From NCBI GenBank assembly GCA_016840465.1, contig JAEOSH010000014.1, positions 13,495 to 45,494 on the forward strand: DNA of 32,000 bases, given 5' to 3'. The translations under genes and the position numbers were made by a program. The DNA comes from Candidatus Baldrarchaeum yapensis (GTDB lineage: Archaea; Asgardarchaeota; Baldrarchaeia; Baldrarchaeales; Baldrarchaeaceae). The notes under the pieces are model-generated. The model was not told where the DNA came from. It saw only the letters and a list, made by a program, of their open reading frames with translations, and made no database searches. Shown here in pieces: positions 1-7,976 of the stretch; positions within the stretch are counted from its first letter, which is position 1, and each line of letters begins with the position of its first letter.

Positions 1-71
1 GTGGATTTCAACTCCTCCAAGATCCTCTCTATCCGCTCAAGCCTTTCCTCGACGGACATCGCCATCACCAT
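1..71 (-). CDS. Hypothetical protein, 5' part only (runs off the left edge)
   Basis: Minus strand reads MVMAMSVEERLERIERILEELKS, a heptad-like helix. ATGs at 71, 65 and 59; TATA-like TTTATAT at 121-115. Not in the ORF track because it is truncated. Confidence 0.55.
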   Translation of the reverse strand, partial: MVMAMSVEERLERIERILEELKS

Positions 72-111
72 TTCTTCGACACCGACAACATCAAATAGAA
101 GGACATCCTGA

Positions 112-143
112 GGGATATAAAATTTTCTGATGATCATCAGAAA
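112..143 (-). promoter_or_regulatory. TATA box with an abutting perfect 20-bp palindrome (putative operator)
   Basis: TTTCTGATGATCATCAGAAA at 124-143 is its own reverse complement and lies directly upstream of minus-strand TTTATAT (121-115), at the BRE position. Confidence 0.55.
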
Positions 144-397
144 CAACAATCTGACAGTCTGCTCCCGCGGGTTCTGTCATGTTTTCAGTCTTTCCATCAG
201 CAGGTCAACGTACCGCTCCGGTTGTGCCTCCCTTTCTATTATTAAAACTCCGAATAAGTCCCCGAACCTCGCATGAGGATCTTGGGGTCCTCGGTCTCTA
301 TAAGGAACGTCCTCTCGGCAGGCACTGCTCACGATGCTTATGAGGGAGGAGAGAAACTCGGGCGTTACTACAAGTAAAAAGTAAGGAATTGGACTGG

Positions 398-637
398 TTA
401 CGTGCATATTAGCGTTTCAGTGTGCTCTATCCCGTCGATTCGCCTGATCGCCGTGACCACCTTGTCAAGCTCCTGCATGCTCTGCACCTTTATTTTCACG
501 ATCATGTCCCAGGAGCCGTAGGTGACCCTCACCTCCTCTACGCCCCTCATGCTCTTTATTTTCTCTCTGACGTCGTGCTCCATCCCTATCGACACTATGA
601 CCAGCACGTACGCCTCTATTTCCTCACTCAAAACCAT
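398..637 (-). CDS. Stand-alone Lrp/AsnC ligand-binding (RAM) domain protein
   Basis: AYVLV...V.EVRVTYGSWDMIVKIKVQSMQELDKVVTAIRRIDGIEHTETLI is the AsnC C-terminal pattern, with no HTH. ATG 637 chosen; 661 and 664 are alternatives. Confidence 0.88.
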   Translation of the reverse strand: MVLSEEIEAYVLVIVSIGMEHDVREKIKSMRGVEEVRVTYGSWDMIVKIKVQSMQELDKVVTAIRRIDGIEHTETLICT

Positions 638-909
638 ACCCCCATATTGCAGTCCGACCATCAATTAGTACCTTATAATTAAAAACTTCCGGATGACGGC
701 GCCTTTCGAGCATCTCCATTCGCGTTGCGGCAGTTCATGCTGAAGGTATGAGAATTGCAGTGCATGGGCCTCGGAGAACTGAAGCCGAAGCCACGTGATC
801 CCTCAGCCTCTCCGGCCTCTAAAAAGATAAAGGGTCTTCCGATAAGTAAAGGTATAAATGTCTCCCCCTTTAATGGCACAGACCCGCGTGGAAACAAGGG
901 AGTAGGAAT

Positions 910-2115
910 ATGAAGTACGACGACGTTCTGCTCAGAGTGATGAGGCGGGAAGAAAGTAGGGAGATCGAGGCAAGGGAGAGAGCGAGGAAAATCGAGGAGT
1001 TTGCGGAGAGTTTGGGACTCAACGGGTTTGTTAGGGAAATGCGGAAAAATCGCACGATCCTCACAACCTACGTACAGGATTACGATGTTCAGAGGAGGCT
1101 CTACGCCTCATCTGCGCGCGACGCTAGGGGTTCAAAGGAGGGGGATGAGGAGAATCTCGCTCTCTTCAGGGATGTGCTGATGCTCCTGATGGGAGAGCAG
1201 GAACAAATTCACCCGGAGGCCGCGGAGAGGTTCAGATGGCGCCCTCCTGAGTTCTTCATAAGAAGGATGTCGTACGACGATGCCTACGTGGTAGTGATGA
1301 GGGACGAGGACTCCCCCTTCTACATATTCTCGGTGCTTCGCGCGGGTGAAACCCTCGCAACCGGGGTTCTTGATCAGGCAGATGCGTACCTGATCTTCTG
1401 GAACAGGGTTCCGCCGGAGGTCGTAATCGCATCCGCATACATCCATGTGAGGTCGCTGGTGACCGAATTGCTGGATGCAATGCCACGGGAACTTCTCACG
1501 GCCACGGGGATAAGGTCGATAGAGGTCCGTGAACACATGAAGTTTCCATACCTGAGAGTTCACTTCTCCGATGGGAAGAGCGTTGATATTGGAATAAACC
1601 TAGAGGATCTATCCTTACTGCTGAATGGAATGAGAAGAAGCGTGGCGCAGGAAATAGTATGTCGAGCGGTGACGGAGCGAGGACATGTGGAGGTTAAGGG
1701 ACAAAACTATAGGGTGGAATTCAAAAGGCGGGATCATGGCTGGCTTGTTCTCCTAACGATGCCGGGAAGGTCCGTAGAGGGAGTCTTGAACTGTAAATTC
1801 ATAGACGGGGATCTGCTGTTCTCCGCAAGTAGGGGGCTGGAGGACCTCGCGTTAGACCTAGTAGATCTACTACTAAGGGTGGGGGGAGTGATTCAGGCAA
1901 CCGACGGCACCGAAATAGAGGTGGACATTTCCGCACATGTACCCTGGTGCTTCATCAGGTTGGACATCGGCGGGATGATGCTCGAATACAAGGCCGTGGC
2001 ATCGGGTTTTGGGAGAAAGAACGTAATGAACGTGCTGAAAGAAATACTGCTCGGAAACATCACAAGATCTTCCATCCCGAAGATACTCTCGAGCCGCGGT
2101 TTTTCAAGAACCTGA
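910..2115 (+). CDS. Hypothetical protein (401 aa)
   Basis: Long ORF with ATG preceded by GGGAGTAGG, TATA-like GGTATAAAT near 852-860, and protein-like composition. No family motif recognised. Confidence 0.8.
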   Translation: MKYDDVLLRVMRREESREIEARERARKIEEFAESLGLNGFVREMRKNRTILTTYVQDYDVQRRLYASSARDARGSKEGDEENLALFRDVLMLLMGEQEQIHPEAAERFRWRPPEFFIRRMSYDDAYVVVMRDEDSPFYIFSVLRAGETLATGVLDQADAYLIFWNRVPPEVVIASAYIHVRSLVTELLDAMPRELLTATGIRSIEVREHMKFPYLRVHFSDGKSVDIGINLEDLSLLLNGMRRSVAQEIVCRAVTERGHVEVKGQNYRVEFKRRDHGWLVLLTMPGRSVEGVLNCKFIDGDLLFSASRGLEDLALDLVDLLLRVGGVIQATDGTEIEVDISAHVPWCFIRLDIGGMMLEYKAVASGFGRKNVMNVLKEILLGNITRSSIPKILSSRGFSRT

Positions 2116-2200
2116 ACCGGAGTTCTTAGGGAGCGCCGCCGCTACACTTATGTCAATAATCATGTCACATATATCATAGCGTAACTGAAGGTGTCATCTC

Positions 2201-3589
2201 ATGAGACGAAATATATTTGTGAACAGAAGACGCGAACTGGAACTTCTAGAAAACCTCTGGCGGGGCCGGAACTTCTCACTTGTCATAATTTACGGGAGAA
2301 GGCGTGTCGGAAAAACGAGATTAATATTGGAGTTCGCAAGGGGGAAGAAATGTATCTTTTATGTGGCAGTGGAGTCATCCTATGATGCAATATGCAGGGA
2401 GTTCTCGGAATGCGCTAGAAGGACGCTGGGATTTCCAGTCTCAGGAGATATTATCGAAGTACTTGATGCGGCTCCCAACTTGACAGGGGAAAAACTGCTC
2501 GTGGTGCTCGACGAGTTCCAGTACATAGTGGAGGCGGATCCAAGCTTCCCATCGCGCCTTCAGAGACTGATAGACTCCAAACTGTCGAGACAGCAGATGA
2601 TGATAATCCTGTGCGGCTCGGCTGTGTCATTCTTCGAAGAAAAACTTCTAGGATACAAAAGTCCACTCTTCGGAAGAAGAGAAGCCTCTCTAAAACTGAG
2701 CCCGCTCAGGTTCTTCCAAATACGTGAGTTCTTCCCGAATTACCGAATCGATGAGCTAATAACAGTATATGGAGCAGTAGGCGGAACCCCCGCGTACCTC
2801 CTAAAACTGGACCCCTCCAAGAGCGTCACCGACAACATACGCTCCATAATAACTCCCGGAAGCTACCTATACGACGAGGCTCTGAACATACTACGGCAGG
2901 AGGTGAGAGAGCCAAGAACATACCTGAGCATACTGGCCGCTATCGCGGAAGGAAAAAACTCTCCCGGCGAGGTCGCGTCCGCGGCGCACGTCGACGTGAG
3001 GACAATTACAAAGTACATCTATCTGCTGGAGGAACTCGACATCATCGAAAGGGTGCGCCCACTCGGCTCCAAAAAGCCCGTAAAGCTACGTTTTAGGGAC
3101 AACTACTTCAGGTTCTGGTTCAGATACGTTTACAAATTGAGATCGTTGCTGGAGACGGGCCTCGTCGAGGAAGCCCTCTCCCACATAACGGAGTCCCTCA
3201 ACCAATACCTCTCACAGGTATTTGAGGGCGTGGTCGCCGAACTAGTGCCGCTCATGTACAAGGTGGGAGCCCTGAAGACGAGACCCGTAGAGGTCGGAAC
3301 CTGGTGGTACAAGGACATGGAGATAGACCTGATCGCCCGAGACCCCGGAAAATCTTCAACATTTGTCGAGGTAAAGTGGCGTGAAATGGACCTCAAAAGC
3401 GCTATTGGCACGCTAAAGGATCTAGAACGGAAGGCCGCGCGTAGCGGACTTTCATCCCCGGAAAACGAGTACGTGCTCGTAATCAGAAGGTTAAAAGGTG
3501 AAGAAACACCAACCGAGCCGGATGAGCACCGCAGGATCCTAGATCTACAAGCAATAGAGAGAATTATCGAGGACAATAGAAGAAAATGA
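2201..3589 (+). CDS. Archaeal ATPase (COG1672-like) with wHTH and C-terminal DUF234 PD-(D/E)XK domain
   Basis: N-terminal FVNRRREL, Walker A GRRRVGKT, Walker B VVLDEFQ, ILCGS, GGTPAYL, DNYFRFWF, and C-terminal EIDLIA...FVEVKW. Confidence 0.92.
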   Translation: MRRNIFVNRRRELELLENLWRGRNFSLVIIYGRRRVGKTRLILEFARGKKCIFYVAVESSYDAICREFSECARRTLGFPVSGDIIEVLDAAPNLTGEKLLVVLDEFQYIVEADPSFPSRLQRLIDSKLSRQQMMIILCGSAVSFFEEKLLGYKSPLFGRREASLKLSPLRFFQIREFFPNYRIDELITVYGAVGGTPAYLLKLDPSKSVTDNIRSIITPGSYLYDEALNILRQEVREPRTYLSILAAIAEGKNSPGEVASAAHVDVRTITKYIYLLEELDIIERVRPLGSKKPVKLRFRDNYFRFWFRYVYKLRSLLETGLVEEALSHITESLNQYLSQVFEGVVAELVPLMYKVGALKTRPVEVGTWWYKDMEIDLIARDPGKSSTFVEVKWREMDLKSAIGTLKDLERKAARSGLSSPENEYVLVIRRLKGEETPTEPDEHRRILDLQAIERIIEDNRRK

Positions 3590-3600
3590 GAGAAAGGTAC

Positions 3601-4704
3601 CTAGGTAACCACGCTGCCGAGCGCCTCTTTCTCTATAGCCTCCCGTATCTCTATCGCTATCCTCCGCCCCATGCTGATCGGCTCACCAAAGTAAAACTTG
3701 CTGTACTGACTGCCAACGCCCGCGTAGATGTTGGTGCCCCCACCGATCCGAAACGCCACGTCCACAACGTAGATCTTCAAATCGGAAGTAACTATCGATT
3801 GAAGGGTAAACGGACCAATTATCCCGGGAGGATACAACTCCTTAGCCGCCCTCACAAACGCATCCCCCATCTCGAAAACCTTCTGGAGTTGCGACTCCCT
3901 TATCGTCGCCGGCATGTGCCCTATCTCCACATTACGCACAACCACGTCCAAGTCCATCTGGATGAACGCTGGCAACCTGACGAGCCCGTGAACGTTCGTC
4001 TGCAACCTCCTATCTATCCCGTGAAACTCAACATCGCCTCTCACAACCGAGTGGAAATAATTGAAGTTGAAATCGACACCCACCACAAACTCCTCTATCG
4101 ACGCCCTCCTCAACTCCTCCTCTTCCAGTAAACCCCTCTCCATGAAGTCCCTCGCCTTCCTCCAGAAGTCCTTCGAATTCCTCGCAATGAAGAACGCCCT
4201 CTCCACAGAACCGGCCGCCATGGCCTTCACGATGACCGGTCTGTCTATCTCATCGGGAGACTTGAAGGTCTTGGGCCTGAGAATTCCGGCAGCATCAAGT
4301 ATCTTGTAGTAGTTGACTTCCCCGTACCTCTCCTCCGCCCTCAATAACTGACGAGACCCGAAAATCGGAACGTAGAACTCCTCCTCTATGCTCTCGTACC
4401 CGACGTACACAGAAAAACTTCTGTTCGGAACGAAAATCGTGTTCAGCTTCCTCAACTTGTCCTGAACGTTCTCCCTTATAATGTCCCGGAACCTCTCCAA
4501 AACTATGACCTCGTCCGCAAGCCTCCTAAACCTGAGGTACGGAAGCTCCCTCCCCTTCTGGCAAATAACAACAGTCTTGAAACCCTCGTCCTTCGCTCCG
4601 TCCAGAACGTCGAGCGCCGAGTGGCTTCCCAGCACCCCTATGTGTATGTTCTCCCAATCGTATTCCTTCTCCACAAGGGCCGCCATCTCACGGGGGGAAA
4701 TCAT
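3601..4704 (-). CDS. purP: PurP-family ATP-grasp protein, divergent paralog
   Basis: GSHSALDVLDGAK.EGF, RESQL.KVFEMG, PPGIIGPF.LQ, GGGTN and SMGRRIA.EI are present. It has PNRSF and KAMAAGSVERAFF where the canonical enzyme has PHGSF and GAKGGRGYF. SD GAGGTGG. Confidence 0.9.
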   Translation of the reverse strand: MISPREMAALVEKEYDWENIHIGVLGSHSALDVLDGAKDEGFKTVVICQKGRELPYLRFRRLADEVIVLERFRDIIRENVQDKLRKLNTIFVPNRSFSVYVGYESIEEEFYVPIFGSRQLLRAEERYGEVNYYKILDAAGILRPKTFKSPDEIDRPVIVKAMAAGSVERAFFIARNSKDFWRKARDFMERGLLEEEELRRASIEEFVVGVDFNFNYFHSVVRGDVEFHGIDRRLQTNVHGLVRLPAFIQMDLDVVVRNVEIGHMPATIRESQLQKVFEMGDAFVRAAKELYPPGIIGPFTLQSIVTSDLKIYVVDVAFRIGGGTNIYAGVGSQYSKFYFGEPISMGRRIAIEIREAIEKEALGSVVT

Positions 4705-4713
4705 AAAACCACC

Positions 4714-5733
4714 TCACGTGAGCACCTTATCGAGCATCCCATGCTCCTCCGCCATCCTTATCTCGCGCGCAATCCTCCGGCCCATGCTCATCGGCTCATC
4801 AAAATACAGCCAACTGTAGGGGGAACCGTTGATATAAAGGTTGGTGCCCGCAACTATCCTGCCTGAAAACTCAAAAATAACAATTTCGAGATCGCTCCGG
4901 CATACTCCCTCCAGACAGAAGGGACCAATAACGCCCGGCGGCACAAGTTCCTCTGCTGCCCTTACAAATCCTTCGCCGTACTCGAACACCTTTACGAGGA
5001 GGGACTCCCGAACGACAAGAGGTATGTTTCCGACAACCGTAAAGGTGGGCTCACTCAAACTATCGGCATACGGAACGGGCACCCTTCTCAGCCCATCCAC
5101 ATCACTCTCATACCTTATATCGCACCCTAAAAGCTCTAGGCGTTTCATAACAACCGAGTTAAAGTACTGAAAATACATGGGCGTGCCAATCACAAACTCC
5201 TGAATTATGCACTCATCCGGCGAAATGCCAAGACTTTTGCACTTCGAAATAACCTCCTCCGGAGACCTCGCAAGAAAGTATCCTCGCCCACCTTTCGCCC
5301 CGTGCATCTTAACAATTACGAGCCGGTCCACCTCCTCCGGAGACCTAAAAACCCTGGGCACCTTCACACCAGATCGCTCCAGCATTCTCATCTTGAGAAA
5401 CTGATCCGCCTCCCAAATCATAAGCCGCCTGTTACCGAAGATCGGAACATCCAACCTCTCAAGACCTTCAACACCAATGTACTCAACAAAACTGCCATGC
5501 GGAACTATAACTGCGCCCTCCTCGTTTAACCTCCTGATGGCCTCATCGCTGCAAACGTCCCCCATCCCATCAATCAACACAATATCGTCAATGAAGTTCA
5601 AAAATCGAGAATACAGCGAAACTCTATCCCTAGGACACAAAACTATGGTCTTAAAGCCCTCACTCTTCGCACCCCTCAGTATCTGCAATGCACTGTGGCT
5701 CGCAATCGTCGCAATACTCCGCACTTCCCGCAT
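4714..5733 (-). CDS. purP: PurP-family formate-dependent FAICAR synthetase-like protein
   Basis: IATIASHSALQILRGAK, PHGSFVEY, FGNRRL, GAKGGRGYF, YESDVDG, GNIPLVVRESLL, GPFCLE, RIVAGTN and SMGRRIAREI. Confidence 0.92.
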   Translation of the reverse strand: MREVRSIATIASHSALQILRGAKSEGFKTIVLCPRDRVSLYSRFLNFIDDIVLIDGMGDVCSDEAIRRLNEEGAVIVPHGSFVEYIGVEGLERLDVPIFGNRRLMIWEADQFLKMRMLERSGVKVPRVFRSPEEVDRLVIVKMHGAKGGRGYFLARSPEEVISKCKSLGISPDECIIQEFVIGTPMYFQYFNSVVMKRLELLGCDIRYESDVDGLRRVPVPYADSLSEPTFTVVGNIPLVVRESLLVKVFEYGEGFVRAAEELVPPGVIGPFCLEGVCRSDLEIVIFEFSGRIVAGTNLYINGSPYSWLYFDEPMSMGRRIAREIRMAEEHGMLDKVLT

Positions 5734-6265
5734 AACTTACACCTTTTTCTTATTGCCACCGCACGCAAATTTAAACTTTTGTGATAACATACGCTCAATA
5801 ACAACACGAAAGTTGCTAAAATTATGCGTAAAAAGAAGAACACCCTTATCCTCTTTATCCTCACCTCACGACCACAGTGCCAAAAACAACAAAAGTATTG
5901 TTTCGATGCTGATAAACAATCTCCAAAGCTATTTGTCGAAAAATTGATAATTTTGAATTTTCATGCGTAATACCACTTCCAAGAAGAAATAAATAAATAG
6001 ATAATCGATTCTGTCACTTTTTATCACACTCCCAGCGTTAAAGAATTTCATCAGCACACTTGCGAAGATAAACAGTCCATATGTAATGATGTACCGCCTT
6101 AAATATTATCTAGATCATTAGCACTTAACAACGGAATTTTTCGTCAAAAATTATTAGAATAAATGAAATTGTCAAACACGTCTTCAACAAATATATGCTA
6201 AATTTATCACATATTGGTCCCTCATTTTTTATACTTTTATGTGTACTGGTTCTAGGGTGTGAGCA
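5734..6265. promoter_or_regulatory. AT-rich divergent promoter region of the purine cluster
   Basis: 532-bp visibly AT-rich gap between divergent purP and purC. TATA-like TTTAAA near 5770 and TTTTATA near 6228; exact promoters not assignable. Confidence 0.6.
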
Positions 6266-7024
6266 GTGCGCCCGAAAGTATTACAGTTGATAACTGAAGG
6301 CAAGACCAAAAAGGTGTGGGAAACCGAAAATCCCGATCTTGTCATCTTGGAATTCAAAGACGATATCACTGCGTTTGATGGAGCAAAGCATGATGTCATC
6401 AGCGGAAAAGGCGCAATAAACGCCGCAATTTCAGCCAAAATTTTCGAACATCTGAACAAAAACGGAATTCCAACACATTTTGTCGAGTTTGTGGCACCCC
6501 GCTACCACGTCGTAAGACGACTAGAAATGATACCACTCGAGGTGGTATGCCGAAACATAGCCACCGGGCACCTCGTGAAAAGACTACCCATGATAAAGGA
6601 CGGAACGCGCCTCGAGTTCCCGGTACTGGAGTTCTACCTCAAAGATGACAAACTCCACGACCCCCTCATAAACGACCACCACGTCGTCCTGCTAAAGCTG
6701 GCATCTTGGAAGGAAATAGAAGAAATGAAAAAGATAACACTCCGGGTAAATGAAGTGTTGCGCACGTTCTTCGAGGAAAGAGGGCTTATTCTCGTAGACT
6801 TCAAACTCGAGTTCGGAAGAGACCGCAATGGAAAACTCCTCGTGGGCGACGAACTGAACGGAGATGCAATGCGGATCTGGGACATGTACACCGGGAAGAT
6901 ACTCGATAAGGACGTGTACCGGAAGGGATACCCCCTCGACGAAGTGCTCGTGCGATACCGCGAATTTTACAGGAGAGTGGTGGGCGCAGACTTTCCGGGG
7001 GAGGAAGTATGCCTCGCTACATAG
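6266..7024 (+). CDS. purC: SAICAR synthetase
   Basis: EGKTKKVW, FKDDITAFDG, GIPTHF, IPLEVVCRN, DFKLEFG, GDELNGD and DKDVYR. Confidence 0.97.
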   Translation: MRPKVLQLITEGKTKKVWETENPDLVILEFKDDITAFDGAKHDVISGKGAINAAISAKIFEHLNKNGIPTHFVEFVAPRYHVVRRLEMIPLEVVCRNIATGHLVKRLPMIKDGTRLEFPVLEFYLKDDKLHDPLINDHHVVLLKLASWKEIEEMKKITLRVNEVLRTFFEERGLILVDFKLEFGRDRNGKLLVGDELNGDAMRIWDMYTGKILDKDVYRKGYPLDEVLVRYREFYRRVVGADFPGEEVCLAT

Positions 7025-7275
7025 TCGAGGTCCTCATTGAAAACAAGAAGACAATACGGGATCCCGAGGGCGAAACCATCTGCCGGGAACTCATCAATAA
7101 GGGAGGATACGACAGCATAAAGTCCGTAAGGGTCGGCAAACTCCTGAGGATGGAAGTCGAGGGATCCAGCGAGGAGGAAGTGAAGGAACTCGTGACCAGA
7201 ATGTGCAACGACCTCAGAATCTACAACCCCGTCGTCCACTCCTATAGGGTGGAAATCAGAGGGATCACACGGTGA
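7009..7275 (+). CDS. purS: FGAM synthetase subunit PurS
   Basis: DPEGETI, VRVGK and NPVVHSY; 88 aa, lying between purC and purQ with overlapping ends. Confidence 0.95.
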   Translation: MPRYIVEVLIENKKTIRDPEGETICRELINKGGYDSIKSVRVGKLLRMEVEGSSEEEVKELVTRMCNDLRIYNPVVHSYRVEIRGITR

Positions 7276-7976
7276 GAGTCGCCGTTATCCGGTTTCCCGG
7301 ATCAAACTGCGACCTGGACACAGTATTCGTCCTCAGGAAGGTAATAGGCGTGAAAGCCGACCTCGTGTGGCACAAGAACTTCAAAGGAGACTACGACGCA
7401 GTGATACTGCCAGGCGGTTTCTCGTACGGGGATTACCTGCGTGCGGGAATCATCGCGGCCCACAGCCCCGCAATGAAGTACGTCAAGGAAATGGCGCGTG
7501 AGGGACTACCGGTTCTGGGCATCTGCAATGGATTCCAAATACTGATAGAGGCGGGACTTCTCCCGGGAGCGCTGATAAGAAACACGACACTGAAGTTCAT
7601 ATGCAAATGGGTTTTCCTGAAGGTCAAAACCACGCGCACCGCCTTCTCCAACCTCATGAAAAGAGAGCAGGTTCTGAAGATGCCGATCGCGCACAACGAG
7701 GGGAGGTACTTCATAGACGAGAAGGGGCTGAGGGAACTCATGGAGAACGACCAGATAGTCTTCACATACGTTGATGGGGAGGGCAACGAGACCCCGAACG
7801 CGAACCCCAACGGTTCCGTTGCAAACATCGCCGGGGTCTGCAATCTAGAGGGAAACGTCGTAGGGCTGATGCCACACCCCGAAAGGGCCTCGGAAGCCAT
7901 CCTGAGCCCCTACGGAAGCGACGACGGAAAACTTCTGTTCCTTTCCATGAAAAACTTTCTCGAGAGGTGGATGTGA
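7272..7976 (+). CDS. purQ: FGAM synthetase glutaminase subunit PurQ
   Basis: FPGSNCD, PGGFSYGDYLRAG, GICNGFQIL (catalytic Cys), PIAHNEGRY, NPNGS and GLMPHPER. Confidence 0.97.
   Translation: MRVAVIRFPGSNCDLDTVFVLRKVIGVKADLVWHKNFKGDYDAVILPGGFSYGDYLRAGIIAAHSPAMKYVKEMAREGLPVLGICNGFQILIEAGLLPGALIRNTTLKFICKWVFLKVKTTRTAFSNLMKREQVLKMPIAHNEGRYFIDEKGLRELMENDQIVFTYVDGEGNETPNANPNGSVANIAGVCNLEGNVVGLMPHPERASEAILSPYGSDDGKLLFLSMKNFLERWM

Noticed and set aside
128-180. Possible C/D-box sRNA (TGATGA at 128-133, CTGA at 151-154)
   Set aside because: No convincing C' box or terminal D box at the expected spacing; the TGATGA is explained by the palindrome.
177-407. 76-aa minus-strand ORF, and a 34-codon plus-strand ORF at 273-377
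   Set aside because: No RBS or family motif; the first overlaps the Lrp stop and neither has support beyond being open.
3586-4131. 181-aa plus-strand ORF and similar long antisense ORFs (17680-18432, 21789-22370, 14360-14905, 12509-13357)
   Set aside because: They are shadows of well-supported genes on the opposite strand and show no motifs.
5676-5864. 62-aa Cys/Arg-rich ORF upstream of purP
   Set aside because: Overlaps the purP start and promoter in another frame and has the low-complexity composition expected from AT-rich DNA.
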